NCBI GenBank assembly: GCA_977862235.1
Contig: OZ374561.1
Span: forward strand, 1,984,001 to 2,048,000
Length of the DNA stretch: 64,000 nt
Direction: 5' to 3'
Origin: Dudresnaya verticillata
Lineage: Eukaryota
Of the stretch, positions 10,946 through 22,346 are shown one piece after another (the stretch's first letter is position 1; every line of letters begins with the position of its first letter). A model generated the notes under the pieces. It made no database searches. It had not been told where the DNA came from and saw only the letters and a program-made list of their open reading frames with translations. The position numbers and the translations under genes are program-made.

Positions 10946-12619
10946 TCAGTTTCTACCGTGCTGCCTATGCTTGATGTTTCCTGATCTGCCTGCCATGAAC
11001 TTCGAGCTGGCACCCTGCCAGTACAGCTGTGCACTCTTCGCACCCGTCTGTTTCAAGTGCCGTTTGTGAACCTTGGTGTTCAGCTTCTTCTTCTTGTCTG
11101 CGGGTTCCATTCGAATTACACGTCCTCCAATCTTGATCTCTCCCTGGCAGTTGATGCATCCCTGCACTCCCAGTTGATCATCAAAAGATACAAAACCAAT
11201 CCCGCGACCAACTCCTGTATCGGCATCTCGATTGACACGTGCACCAACCACTGCTACCCCTATTCGTGTTGCCACCTCTTGAAAGGTTCGGATGATATCT
11301 TCTTCTGAGCAATCAAAGGGCAGATTCCCAATAAACAAGCTCTGCTTCCGCGAGCCCGCCGTCTTATGACTGGCCGGCATGACTCTGATATGGCGGTCCA
11401 TAAAGACAGTCATATTCAGCTCTTTGCATGCCCTTTCCATGACCTCACGGACATCGCTAGTCTCGGCAAATACGACATACGCTTGAAATGAATCGGAGAA
11501 CGAGGCAAGTTGATTCGTTAGGAGGGCAGCCTTTTTCGGAATCTTAGGATTGATAGGAACAATGCCTCTGAGCCTGACGGTTTCGACCTTCCCGAATCGT
11601 TTGAACAGCTTCTTAATATCACGCTGATTGGCGGTCTGAGAGACATTTCCAACAAACAACGTTCGCTCAGCGCGAGGGTCGGTTTCTTGCCCCTTCGAAC
11701 CCTGTGCTGCGGTTCCTTCAGATTTGGGGGTCTTGGGCGTTTCATGCTCATCAAGTGACTTAATCTCCGTTTCCGAAGGGTGGATTGGAGTCAGGTCTTC
11801 GCTCTCTAGAGGTAGAGAAGCGTCTGCCTCTCTCGTGACTGGTTGTATGTCGTCCTCTACTTTCTTTGCTTTTCGTTTTCCCGTTCGCACTTCCTTGGTC
11901 TCTTTGCGAGAATCGGCCTCGGAGTCGACCCCAACTCGATGAACTTTTCCTGTTTCTGCAATTGAGGGCATAGACTCTGAGTTATCAGATGCCCGCCTGT
12001 GCTTCCGCTTTCGTTTCGACTCTTCGCTGTCGCTTTGCTTAGGATTCTTGCGGTCAGAAAACCCGTCCAGTGTTTGCGACTCTCGATTCTTCTGCATTTT
12101 CTTCAGGTTTGGCTGCTGGGATTCTGTAGACTCCTGCAACTGCTCCGCTAAGGTAACGCCTGGGCCTTCAATTGCCTCATAATCTGGTTCAGCCATGTCA
12201 TGTTTTCGCTTTGGTTTCTGCTTCTTTCGCTTCTTAATCTTGGCAGTTGCTTTCATGGCTTTTGCAGACACGTTACCTGACGAACGGTGCGGAACTTTGT
12301 CATGCGAAATATCGCGGTTCGCTATTGTCCCCATCGCTTGCGTCTGTGTCTCATCAGCTCCGAGAACATGACTGTCTACAGTCTCAATTGGCGTTTTCCC
12401 TTTGGAAGAAATACTCTGGTTCTTCATCTTCTTTTTCTTCGCTTTGCTTCGCTTCTCAACAGCTCGGAGGTCAACTACGACATCCTGCCCGGCCAAGACT
12501 AGCTTACTAGCTTTCTTCTTTCGTTTCTTCTCCTTCTTTTTCGAAATTGGTGTGTGCAGGGCTACTGCGCTGGTATTCTTTGGCGAATGGGCAGGTTCAT
12601 GCTCATTTCCTGGCGACAT
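10946..12619 (-). CDS. NOP12: Nucleolar two-RRM protein, Nop12/RBM34 family
   Basis: Long Lys-rich N-terminus; RRM1 ERTLFVGNV...VETVRLRG...AYVVF...HIRV; RRM2 SLFIGNLPFD...GRGIGFVSF. Confidence 0.85.
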   Translation of the reverse strand: MSPGNEHEPAHSPKNTSAVALHTPISKKKEKKRKKKASKLVLAGQDVVVDLRAVEKRSKAKKKKMKNQSISSKGKTPIETVDSHVLGADETQTQAMGTIANRDISHDKVPHRSSGNVSAKAMKATAKIKKRKKQKPKRKHDMAEPDYEAIEGPGVTLAEQLQESTESQQPNLKKMQKNRESQTLDGFSDRKNPKQSDSEESKRKRKHRRASDNSESMPSIAETGKVHRVGVDSEADSRKETKEVRTGKRKAKKVEDDIQPVTREADASLPLESEDLTPIHPSETEIKSLDEHETPKTPKSEGTAAQGSKGQETDPRAERTLFVGNVSQTANQRDIKKLFKRFGKVETVRLRGIVPINPKIPKKAALLTNQLASFSDSFQAYVVFAETSDVREVMERACKELNMTVFMDRHIRVMPASHKTAGSRKQSLFIGNLPFDCSEEDIIRTFQEVATRIGVAVVGARVNRDADTGVGRGIGFVSFDDQLGVQGCINCQGEIKIGGRVIRMEPADKKKKLNTKVHKRHLKQTGAKSAQLYWQGASSKFMAGRSGNIKHRQHGRN

Positions 12620-13660
12620 GGCGTCAGGGCAGACAAAGGATACGGCTTGCAGTGATATGCAGGACTGGGTTGGATTCAGGACATGTATCCTTCGTAGAGG
12701 GGTTGTAGTCTCGTGGGCAGACTATTGCTGTGCGTGTTAGTGGCCCTCAGGCAGTAGTCCCGTTCCACAAGTCTCAAAGCCGTCCGAATGATGAGGCGGC
12801 GACGTCGGAAGGAAGAGGCGGAAAGAAGATTGCACGGTCGAGTCTGGCTCACGTCGACTGCGACCAGATGACGGCGGTGGCGTCAAAATGAATGAAGAAT
12901 TAAGAGAAGAAATATCAAAAAATAAAGGAAGATTTATGGGTGGCGAAGGGTAATTGGCTGCCTCATTGCTCTCGTCAATGCCGTGGGCAGAGGAATAGCG
13001 CAGACCGCCAGGTACATACCATAGCTACAGTATCAACTGGAGCGTTCAGAGGAGCTCTCCCCGTGAACGTCATGCTTGTGATGACGGCAGGTTGAACTGA
13101 ATCCTTGCAATTACCGTCAGTGCATGGCTACAAAAATACTTAGCAAAGAAATAGAGTATCTGAAAGTGAGAAGTTGAGGATGCAGCTTCATTGCAGGTGT
13201 TTCTCAAGAGGTTCTCCGAAAGCTTTTGGGTTCTTTCTGAATCTTAGGCGAAGGTCGGGGGAAACCCCACGATGCTCCAGGGCTTGTCGAGACAAACTAT
13301 GCTGAAGGAGAAGAGGTGCTTCGGAATGGTTAATGAGCCACAAGCGATGGATGTAGCAACCCTTCTGTCATTCACCTACACACCAAGCCCTGGCGGTACT
13401 GGACAGGTCGGGACTCTCTAGTTTCCAGAGGTCCAAGCCGGCGATACTGCACAATTCTTTAGGATCACGTAGCAAGCACTTACCATTAGCGATATAATGG
13501 GGGTATTTACAAAGTACACATTCTGAAAGCATTATTCTGTTCCTCGAAACATAAAGGCGCAAACGTCGCAGAAAATAGCGGAGGTTCTGGCTTAATCACC
13601 GGCAAGTCAACCTGTTCCGCATTGTTTCTGCTCCCCATCGCACATATCATTCGTCGCGAA

Positions 13661-14737
13661 TCAAGGCTTTTCCTCGTACTGAACCTTCTTCTTACTCACC
13701 TCCTCCCAGTTAGTGGACAAAACTTGCCCCCCGCTTTCCGAGTAACTCTTCACCATGGCACGCCTCGCCTCATCGGGGGCATCTTTGTAGAGCTCCCGGA
13801 ATAAAGTCATTGGCCCGTCATCTTCCTTGTAGTCTTTCAGCTCCGTGTCTGCAACTGCATCCCATGCCTGTTGCCTTGCGTCCTGCTTTTCCCTGCGCCT
13901 GCGAGAATCCTTGCCAGCCTGGAGAGCAGCTGAAAGTACCTCCGCTTCGGAGTCCAAAGTTTTCCACACAGTCCCAGCATTGGCCTTCTTCAGACGGATT
14001 TCCACCTTGAAACGGCTAGCGACCCAAGTAGACCCATCGACGTCGACATTCTCAAACAGAGATTTTTCCATCACATAGTCTTCCTTCTCCGGACGAGCTA
14101 GACGAACATAGACATAGGTGCGTTCAATGCGAACCTCACTCCTCTCTGTAATCACATTCTTTGCGTAGATATCAATATTGACGAACGTCGCAGACTGATA
14201 CCACTCCATGCGCGTGTTGTCGACCGGTGGCTTCGGCTGTGCGGGAGCTTCAGGCTCCGGCTCCGCAGCATGAGACGCAGTGTCCTTGGTAAATGGTACA
14301 GTCCTGGCTGCGCCTCCCGTCACATCGATTACGTCGATGCCTTCATCAATGTCCGCCATTTCGTCGCAGCGCGCCGCCCAGTCCTTGTATGACATCTTGA
14401 GGTTGTAGTTGCTCTCAAAGGAAGCGGCTCTCTCAAACGCATTCTTGGCAAGGTCACGTTTACCATCCTTGAAAAGGGCGCTCGCTTTGCAGTACCATGC
14501 CTTGGCGTTGCTGGGGGCCACACGGAGAGCGGCCTCAGCAGCTACTTTCGCATCTGCAAAGCGGTCAGCGCTTTCCAGTGCCTTGGCCTGGGCACAATAG
14601 ATGGGCACCAGGGCGTCTTCGTAGATCTCCGCAGCAGCTCCATACTCCTTCGCGGCCGACTCGTACTGCGCATCTTCGACGAGGGCCTTTGCCTTCGACA
14701 AGTGCGCATCGGCCGGATGGGTGTTGACCTTCTCCAT
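13661..14737 (-). CDS. SGT1: SGT1 HSP90 co-chaperone (TPR-CS-SGS)
   Basis: TPR helices; CS domain RMEWYQS...KVEIRLKK; SGS domain LFRELYKDAPDEARRAMVKSYSESGGQVLSTNWEEV; ATG of MEKVNTH at 14737. Confidence 0.95.
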   Translation of the reverse strand: MEKVNTHPADAHLSKAKALVEDAQYESAAKEYGAAAEIYEDALVPIYCAQAKALESADRFADAKVAAEAALRVAPSNAKAWYCKASALFKDGKRDLAKNAFERAASFESNYNLKMSYKDWAARCDEMADIDEGIDVIDVTGGAARTVPFTKDTASHAAEPEPEAPAQPKPPVDNTRMEWYQSATFVNIDIYAKNVITERSEVRIERTYVYVRLARPEKEDYVMEKSLFENVDVDGSTWVASRFKVEIRLKKANAGTVWKTLDSEAEVLSAALQAGKDSRRRREKQDARQQAWDAVADTELKDYKEDDGPMTLFRELYKDAPDEARRAMVKSYSESGGQVLSTNWEEVSKKKVQYEEKP

Positions 14738-15341
14738 TTGGCGTGGACGTGTCGGCCGCGGATACTTGATTCGAGAATGAATGAGGTCAGACGTATATTG
14801 ACTTTTGGGATGGGAGTACAGTAGGTCAAAGTTGGCTTTTTTTCCGATGGCGCCAGCGAGGCGCTGGAAAGCTCGGGCCACGAACGTAGTGTGTGCAGGG
14901 CTTTGGAACGGTTTACTTCCGTAGCCGTCGACGATGCGTGAGGAAGTCCCGATTTTTTTGGAACGAAGGCAAACGCGCTTTTGCCGCACGTTACCCTCGA
15001 CGTCCGAGCGGATCAAAGAGGTTACCCTTCAAAGTACAACAGCACATTTGTCGATACTGTAGGCTTACGCCTGCGCCGCTTCGAGAACAATCTACACAAT
15101 CGACGGATTGATCTTTCACGAAGATCGCCAAAAGTACCAAATTGAAGCTGAAATTTCCAGAAGGCCCCCGCGCTCGACCAGCGGAAGCTCGCACGGTACA
15201 TGTATCGGTGTGCGGACATGTCCACGGTTCGGGCTTAGAGTGTTCGCTGCTCATTGCTGTCAACCGCGTGCCCACTAATGCAATGCCTTAGCTACAGTAT
15301 CTTCCCGCCTGCAAAAGAGAACCGAAATCCGTAAGAAACAC

Positions 15342-16538
15342 ATGTCTGAATCAGCGCATTCCGTCTCTTCAGCGGCGGCGGTTCGACGGAGGCTGTTTGG
15401 GCCACCATTGAGACCCGTGAGAAAGCAAGCACAATCAGCTGTTGACCAGTTACCAGTCGATACGAAAACAAGAGCAGCTGTTGATCCCGCTGTCGCTCCT
15501 GAGAAGGAAAATATCCGTGTCGATAAGGCAAAGCACCTATCTCAAGAGGAAGCGGGGCAGAAAACATGGCAGCAGAGATGGGACGAGGCACCAAAAGAGT
15601 GGCGCGACTTTGTATCATCGAAGCCAAAGGCCTTCGGATTGTCCGAGAAGGAGGAGGAAAAGATTCGTATCAAGAACAACACCTTCGTTGAAACTCCGCC
15701 GTTATCAGACAATGGTGGCATTGCCACGGCCATGATCATTGGAACTGTTGCAGCATTTAGCAAGGTTCTGATGAAGACATTAAATTCCGTTTACGTATAT
15801 CAAATGGATCTCCTGTACGACTTCATTGAGAACAGGAGTAAGTCTCGAGGGTTGCTAACATTCAGCAACCATCAGTCAGTAATGGACGACCCGTTTTTGC
15901 TAGCTGCTATTTTGCCTAACCGAATTCTACTGAGGCCGGATCTTATGCGATGGGGCTTATGCTCGTTGGATATCTGTTTTCAAAGCGCCTTGGTGAGCAG
16001 GACTCTACGGTTGGGAAAAGCGATGCCTATTCAACGAAGAGGGGGTATTGCCCAATCTTTTCTACATAAGGCAGCAGAGAAACTTTCAAACGGTGACTGG
16101 GTTCACATTTTCCCGGAAGGTCGCGTACGTCAAAAGGGAATGGGGTATTCGAAACGCGGGGTGGGAAAGCTTCTGGCAATGACATACGAAGCTCGCCAAG
16201 GACTGCCACTTGTTCTTCCGATGTACCACGAAGGCATAGAAAAGGTCATGCCACAGCGACGAGGGTCGCACGAATTAGAATCGGCCATACCGAACGTTGG
16301 TAAGCGAATGTTTGTCATTACGGGAGAGCCTCTTGACCTCTCCCACATATTCCAGCGTTTAATGCCTGCTTGCACCGAAGCTGGCGGAACGGCAACTGAT
16401 GCACCCCCATGCTTGCGGTTGTATGAGGAGGTCGCCGATTCGATGGCAGTCACAATGCGCCTGCTACGAGCGGAAATGAGACGAAAGGTTCATCTCGATC
16501 ATGGCGTCGACCTCGGAGAACCATATGAGCTGTCCTGA
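15342..16538 (+). CDS. TAZ: Tafazzin-like phospholipid transacylase
   Basis: GLLTFSNHQSVMDDP (HX4D motif), MRWGLCSLDICF, GDWVHIFPEGRV, KRGVGKL. Confidence 0.92.
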   Translation: MSESAHSVSSAAAVRRRLFGPPLRPVRKQAQSAVDQLPVDTKTRAAVDPAVAPEKENIRVDKAKHLSQEEAGQKTWQQRWDEAPKEWRDFVSSKPKAFGLSEKEEEKIRIKNNTFVETPPLSDNGGIATAMIIGTVAAFSKVLMKTLNSVYVYQMDLLYDFIENRSKSRGLLTFSNHQSVMDDPFLLAAILPNRILLRPDLMRWGLCSLDICFQSALVSRTLRLGKAMPIQRRGGIAQSFLHKAAEKLSNGDWVHIFPEGRVRQKGMGYSKRGVGKLLAMTYEARQGLPLVLPMYHEGIEKVMPQRRGSHELESAIPNVGKRMFVITGEPLDLSHIFQRLMPACTEAGGTATDAPPCLRLYEEVADSMAVTMRLLRAEMRRKVHLDHGVDLGEPYELS

Positions 16539-16629
16539 GTGCCCACGCTGCGAAATTCCGCCATGCGCACAATAACTTGCATAAAGACATTGAAGTCCCA
16601 CGGTTACAAGAGAGAGTACGCACCCACGT

Positions 16630-18162
16630 TTACTCCCAATCGTCAGCTCCCCAGCCATCCTCCGGTTGTGCTGGTGCGCCTTGAGTAGTGGGTGCAGGAC
16701 CTGGGTCTGCTCGCCTCTCACGACGTTCTTGCTTACCTTGCGGTCCAGTCGCCTTTGCGGAAGCATCTGCCGCTGGAGAATCCTCAGTTTCAGTTCCTTC
16801 GGCCTTCAGATCTCTGATCCCCGCAATCGCCTGCTCCCCAGATTGTGTGCCCGGAGGGACCGCGGGCCCAGCTTGTTGTGGCGATGACTCTACTGCGTCT
16901 GGTTTCACTTCCAAGTCACCATCCCAGTCGTCGTCACCCCACCCCTCCTCGTCGTTCTCCCCCTCGATAACTGCATTATCCGCTCGCTCTAGTAATTTCT
17001 TCCGTCTTTCCTCGTCCTGCTCGAGCACGTGCCTCGCAAAGAAGTAACGCATCCAGAACGTATCTTCGTCAACAATCAGCGGGACAAGGTTTTCGTACAG
17101 CTTAGCAATTGCAGGGTGAGCGTCAAGAATTGCAATACAGCTATCAGCATGGTCATCCAGCACAAATGACTTCATCCACTCCTCAAACGCATTGAGGTCT
17201 TTCGCAGGTTCGCAGTACGTCTCGGGATTGGCCTGCAGCTCGAAAATGCGTTGCTCAAAGCGATTCTTTGGAATGCTCTCCTCCAGAAGATCCTCATCTT
17301 CTTCGCCCTCGCCCCCTACAAAATTACCCCACAGCCCGGTCCAAAGACCCCCAACAGTTTGACCAACAATAGAATTCGATATCGTGGCTCCGACTTTCGC
17401 AATCTCCTCGTTGACATCAATTTCCGACTCAGTAATCTCCCGATTTGATGATACCATGGGTATTACGCCAACCCCCAGATCTTCAATCTGTAGATCTGAA
17501 TCACCACTGCCCTCCATGTTTGTTCCCTGCTCGGTTTGATTCGCCTTTGCTAGGATGGCAGCTTCCATTGCCTCTGCGTTACGCTGGACAGACGCCGCGA
17601 CAGACTTCATCGAACCCGTAATGGTAGCAAGGGGCTTGTCGTTTTGCGCAAAGGCGCCAATCTGCGACTTGAAGTCTCTTCCAATATTGTCCAAGGGGGC
17701 CAACCGGCTGGTAACATTCTTCCGCAAGTTTTCCAAACCGGGCTGCCCCTCCTTAACGACAGTGCTAACCTTCCCTGTTACCGAAGTCGCAAGCTTCCAA
17801 ATGGAATCCGCGGCATTCCCAAGAGCCTCGTCAATGTTATCATCCATTTCGTCCACGACTGCTTTCAAATCGCTCAAAGTGAGATTTTCCCCATCCATCG
17901 CCTCTTCCGGTGCAAACGCTTCTTCGCCAGGATCTTCGGAAAAGAGGATCTTCGAAACAGGCTCGGCAGAAATGAAAGCTTCGGGCTTCGCTTTTGCCGA
18001 CGAGTTTGGCGGTTCCACAGCATGATTATTCTCAACCTGGGCCTCCACCTCGGTCTCGACGTCTACTTCGTCTACAGACGTGTCCGGGTCAGGGTTGACC
18101 TCTGCAAGAGCGGCTTCAACAGCCTGCTCCGCTATTTTTGTGTCCATCGCTGGCTCTGACAT
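16630..18162 (-). CDS. BSD-domain protein (BSDC1/Dos2-like)
   Basis: LQANPETYCEP...F..W...LYENLVP..VDEDTFWMRYFF followed by EERRKKLL and an acidic tail ending DDWE; ATG at 18162. Confidence 0.85.
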   Translation of the reverse strand: MSEPAMDTKIAEQAVEAALAEVNPDPDTSVDEVDVETEVEAQVENNHAVEPPNSSAKAKPEAFISAEPVSKILFSEDPGEEAFAPEEAMDGENLTLSDLKAVVDEMDDNIDEALGNAADSIWKLATSVTGKVSTVVKEGQPGLENLRKNVTSRLAPLDNIGRDFKSQIGAFAQNDKPLATITGSMKSVAASVQRNAEAMEAAILAKANQTEQGTNMEGSGDSDLQIEDLGVGVIPMVSSNREITESEIDVNEEIAKVGATISNSIVGQTVGGLWTGLWGNFVGGEGEEDEDLLEESIPKNRFEQRIFELQANPETYCEPAKDLNAFEEWMKSFVLDDHADSCIAILDAHPAIAKLYENLVPLIVDEDTFWMRYFFARHVLEQDEERRKKLLERADNAVIEGENDEEGWGDDDWDGDLEVKPDAVESSPQQAGPAVPPGTQSGEQAIAGIRDLKAEGTETEDSPAADASAKATGPQGKQERRERRADPGPAPTTQGAPAQPEDGWGADDWE

Positions 18163-19625
18163 GGGCAAGCTGCGTTGCTCAACGGCCAGCACGTCGCCGC
18201 CGTACGCACGCTCTCAGGACCTGCCAAACGCTGGCAGCAAACGCGCTGCCCTTGCGACGGGAACAGTTGGTGTCGACAGCGCTTGCGAGAGGGGAGAGGG
18301 TCCCAAATTCAGAAGGGGTGCGAGGAAAATTCCAACAAGGGGGAACGGTGGTGACGTCAGTAGGGTGGGGAGTTGCGGCTTGAAGGGCAGAATGTCGACA
18401 AGGCGACTGATAATCAGCGACAAGTGTGAGTTGAAGGCAAATCCGCAGAAGTGTTGGAGCCCTGATCGCAAATCCTGGAACGAATTCAACTTTTTGCTGC
18501 CCTAAATTCGAGATTGGTTTTCGGAGTGGCTCATGACAATTGACATCTGCTCCATTGACGCGTGCGACTCTTCGGACCCCGAAGTTCGGGGGGCATGCGA
18601 CCCGTGCGATGCGCATCAGCCGTCCCCAAAGCGAGACACGAACCGCGGAGCAAACCACAAACTGCTCCGTCTCGCTGCTCCACCAATAAATTACTGCAAT
18701 AAGACTACTGTACAATGCAATGCTGTGCTGCACACGGCGCAAAGCGCGACAAAGACCGCACAATCAGCAGCATCTCCGCACGCTGAGTACTCGTACAAAG
18801 CCCGCATGACAGCACTACAGTAGCAGAAACACGACCCTCATTTTGTAGATACGGAGACCAAACGCGCATGTTGTCCCACCATCACATACTGATACTTTAC
18901 ACAAAAACTATTACGCTCGTTTCCTTCCATCCTCCTCTGCACTCGGATTCCATGAACGCACGACCTATAACAATTCGGGCATGAAGCAAGTTTCATACCG
19001 GTCTTGGATCACCGATTTCGCGCCACAGGGGCACTGCTCGACAATAAAACTCGAGTGCGCACTACAAGTAGCAAAAGTGAGAACAAAAAAAGTCCACATT
19101 TGTACTCTACAACACACAGAAGAGAACACAACTCGTTCCGTACTCATACGACATCTGACCATGCGTCGCTGTTAGTAGCACTGCTCGGCGTTACGGCGAG
19201 GCGCTTCCATAGTGTCCAACGCTGGTAATAGACGTTTACAAATATAGTCCAAACTTTGTACAGATCCAATAACGGAATGGGAGTTGCCGTGAGCGACATT
19301 TATAGCAACACTTCATTCGTTGTGCATCCCAATCTCAGGCATTGCCTGCTCATCATTTCGGAAACCAAATGACCATAGTGCCAGTTTCTAAATGCCAGAA
19401 TGCAAGTCCTATGCGAAACATCTTCGGAACACCGATCCTGCGTATGTACAATCAAAGTGCCAAGGGAAACAGACACATAAATCAGAAAACAAAATAGTCA
19501 AACAGTTAGAAAGCCCATTAGTGTGAAGGAACAGAGTATATCCCATATAAAACCAGACCAAAACGGAAAACAAGTATAGTCCCATAGTCATAGGCTCCGA
19601 AGTGCGACGGGAAGCCCCACGGGAA

Positions 19626-22271
19626 CTAACGCAGAGGCGAGCCACGCCATAGCCGGTACCAAAACTTACCCTTCTTCCTATGAGGCGTCGGTCGATCCGT
19701 AGACTTGTCATCCTTTTCTTTGGACTTGTCACCATTGGCTTTAACGTGCCCCTTTGCCGTCACAGGCCGAGACATATCGTCACGAACTGGTCCGGAAGCT
19801 GTAACACCAGCAGCCAAATGATTCGCAGTAGTAAGTCCATCGCCAGCTGCAACGCCGGCTGTCCCCAGAACTGTGTGGGTAAGCACAGTTGGTTTTGCGC
19901 CTGAGGCCCCATCAGGGTTATTAGTGAAAGAAGCGTTCCGCCTCATTGGACCCTTGAACTCGGGATTCCTGTTCTGATCTCCATCCGAATTCCCATCCTT
20001 CGCTGCTGCGTTAGTCGTCTTTCTCTTCTGGCGCTGAATGAAGAACTTGCGCTCAGCAGCTTCCTTTTTCGTGTTTTCTGCCTCTGCAGCAGGCGATCTT
20101 GGGGGCATGCTTGCAATATAATCTCGAACCGTTTCGGCCTCGCGCCTGATCTCTTCATCCGTATCGCTCAGAAGGGAGTCCATCGCAGTTTTAAAAGCCG
20201 TCTTCGTACCGCACGCAACTGCAACCTCAGGCATTAATCGTGTTAAGCGAAGCCGCACATTCGCAACCGGATCCCTTGAAAGCGACAAGAGCTCAGAAGC
20301 AAATAAATGAGTGAACAATCTGTTGCTTAGTACCCTCAGTGCCACAGTACTCCCATCGATGTAAGCAAGACGAGTCCAGTATACCTTCCCACGCGCCCAT
20401 TCTGAACGGAAATGTTTGAGAATATGATCCCTTCTCCTTACGTCTGGGATATATCTCACAACAGAGACAAGAGCTGATATGGATGCTCGCCGCACCAAGT
20501 ACGTCGATTCGCGAGCCATTTGAAAGAGGAGCGGTGCAACATGCTCGCACAGCATGTCTTGGGGAATACGATTTGCACATATGTCGATTTGCTTCGCGAG
20601 TAGTTCCTGTGTCCTCCAAGAATCATGAGCCATAGTTTCAAGAGATTGAAAAACTGGTGCAAGCTCTCGCGCCGGGGAGTCCTTGGCATTAGGACTCACC
20701 TTGGGAGTATCCCCGGAACCGGATGACAACAAAGTCAGCAACTGCGCAAAATGAGCTAGGGAGTTCATCCTAACCTGAGGATTCTGATCCGTCATCAAGT
20801 TCGCAATCGAGCCCAAAATTTCATCTCTCAGTTCCCCATTGCCAAGCACTTTAGAGGTCTCGTGAATTCCAGCCGCAAGCGTTGCCCTAGTTTCCACATC
20901 GGTATCCGCAGAGAGCGCGTGAACGACACCCCTGATCTTTTCCGGTCTCTTCTCACCGCAAACAAGAGCAACTGCAGGCACATTGAATGCACACCAGTGC
21001 CGAACGGTTGGGCCATTGCATGTAACCATTCGACGCAAAGCGTTCAGAGCAGTGTTCCAGGTCTCCTCACTTGTGAACAGCGGATGAACTGCACAAAGAA
21101 AGTAGCCGTACACTTCGGAAAAAATCTCCAACATGAGATAAGTGTCATCGTCCACTGTGCGCAGATCCGAGGAGGCAACGTTACTGGCGTTCGCACATTC
21201 CCTCAAAAACGTAGGGAGCAGCATGGTCTTGAAGCTCGGAGATGCAAGTGACTCTTCCTTGTGCGCCTCTGCAGATCTAGCTACCGCTCGCATAGCGGCC
21301 GCACGCACGCGAGCATTATCATCACTCATGAGGTTGTCCAACTTGGGCCACAGCTGCTTCTCCGAGATACGCAGGGGCAATTTGGAGCCAACAGAAGCAA
21401 GCGACTGGGCGATCATAGCGCGAACGGAAGGATCTTGATCATCGCAAAGGCGCATGGCCTGGCCAAGGAACTGTTCCTCAAGCTCCTTGGCGGTGAGGGC
21501 ATCGTTGAGAGAGCCGATGATCCTCGCGGCCAAGCGGCGTGACTCGACGGTAGTGCTTGAGGCGCGGTCGACAGTGGCGGGGACGACAAGGGATAAGACA
21601 TCCTCGCGCTGGACTTGTGGTAACATCATGGACAGGATCTCGCCCCAGGCGTCGAAAACGTCTCCGCTCTCGCTCATCTGAATAATTCGCAAAGCGGCGA
21701 TAACGATTCGCTTTGCAACCGATTCGGGAATGCGCATATTAACAACGAAGTAAAGGGCCTCTGCGGCGGCCATCTGGACGTCTTCCTTCCAACGGACAGC
21801 ATCTCTGCATATTTCAGGGACCATGAGCTTGAGGGTGTCATCCGGACAATGCTCCAAGAACTGCGGAAACTGGAAGAGAACGGCGAGCCTCTCCAAATCC
21901 GAGCCGTCAAGTAAGACGAGGGTTGCGTTGGCGACACTTGTAAGGACGTCATCGTTGAGCACGACAAACTCTACGCCCGCGGTCTCCGGGTCGTAAGCGG
22001 GGTTCGGCTGTCCGTCCTCATCGGCGTTCAACGGGACGGAGTCGTCGGACGAGGCGGCGAGCGGGGGCCCCGCATCAGGATCTGGAGTGTGGGAAGCGCT
22101 GGAGGAGGAGAGGGTGGAGAAAGCGTGGGTGGTGGGGGCGGGCGAGGACTGGGAGGGGAGTTGCGGGAATGAGCCGGGCTGCGGGTGGGAAGTGGCGAGC
22201 TGTGCGCGTTCGTCGGGGTCGGACACGAGCGAGTTGGGCTGCAGGGGAGGCGGTAACGGTTCGGCAGCCAT
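19626..22271 (-). CDS. HEAT-repeat Ser/Thr phosphatase regulatory scaffold, PP4R4-like (copy A)
   Basis: HEAT ends DQDPSVRAMIA, DDNARVRAAA, DTDVETRATLA, DPVANVRLRL; PP4R4-like VRHWCAFNVPAV; SWRTQELL. Confidence 0.8.
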   Translation of the reverse strand: MAAEPLPPPLQPNSLVSDPDERAQLATSHPQPGSFPQLPSQSSPAPTTHAFSTLSSSSASHTPDPDAGPPLAASSDDSVPLNADEDGQPNPAYDPETAGVEFVVLNDDVLTSVANATLVLLDGSDLERLAVLFQFPQFLEHCPDDTLKLMVPEICRDAVRWKEDVQMAAAEALYFVVNMRIPESVAKRIVIAALRIIQMSESGDVFDAWGEILSMMLPQVQREDVLSLVVPATVDRASSTTVESRRLAARIIGSLNDALTAKELEEQFLGQAMRLCDDQDPSVRAMIAQSLASVGSKLPLRISEKQLWPKLDNLMSDDNARVRAAAMRAVARSAEAHKEESLASPSFKTMLLPTFLRECANASNVASSDLRTVDDDTYLMLEIFSEVYGYFLCAVHPLFTSEETWNTALNALRRMVTCNGPTVRHWCAFNVPAVALVCGEKRPEKIRGVVHALSADTDVETRATLAAGIHETSKVLGNGELRDEILGSIANLMTDQNPQVRMNSLAHFAQLLTLLSSGSGDTPKVSPNAKDSPARELAPVFQSLETMAHDSWRTQELLAKQIDICANRIPQDMLCEHVAPLLFQMARESTYLVRRASISALVSVVRYIPDVRRRDHILKHFRSEWARGKVYWTRLAYIDGSTVALRVLSNRLFTHLFASELLSLSRDPVANVRLRLTRLMPEVAVACGTKTAFKTAMDSLLSDTDEEIRREAETVRDYIASMPPRSPAAEAENTKKEAAERKFFIQRQKRKTTNAAAKDGNSDGDQNRNPEFKGPMRRNASFTNNPDGASGAKPTVLTHTVLGTAGVAAGDGLTTANHLAAGVTASGPVRDDMSRPVTAKGHVKANGDKSKEKDDKSTDRPTPHRKKGKFWYRLWRGSPLR

Positions 22272-22324
22272 GCGTGGCGGGGTGTGTGTGGTTGGGTGTG
22301 GGGGTTGTAGTTGTGGATGGGGAC

Positions 22325-22346
22325 GGGGGGGGGGGGGGGGGGGGGG
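22325..22346. repeat. G22 homopolymer (poly-C on the gene strand) in a G-rich tract upstream of copy A
   Basis: 22 consecutive G; further G12 at 22551-22562. Confidence 0.95.

Noticed and set aside
13248..13445. GAAGGTCGG resembling RNase P CR-I with a possible CCGGC partner
   Set aside because: CR-V and the other conserved regions are not convincingly present; kept only as a generic structured-RNA candidate
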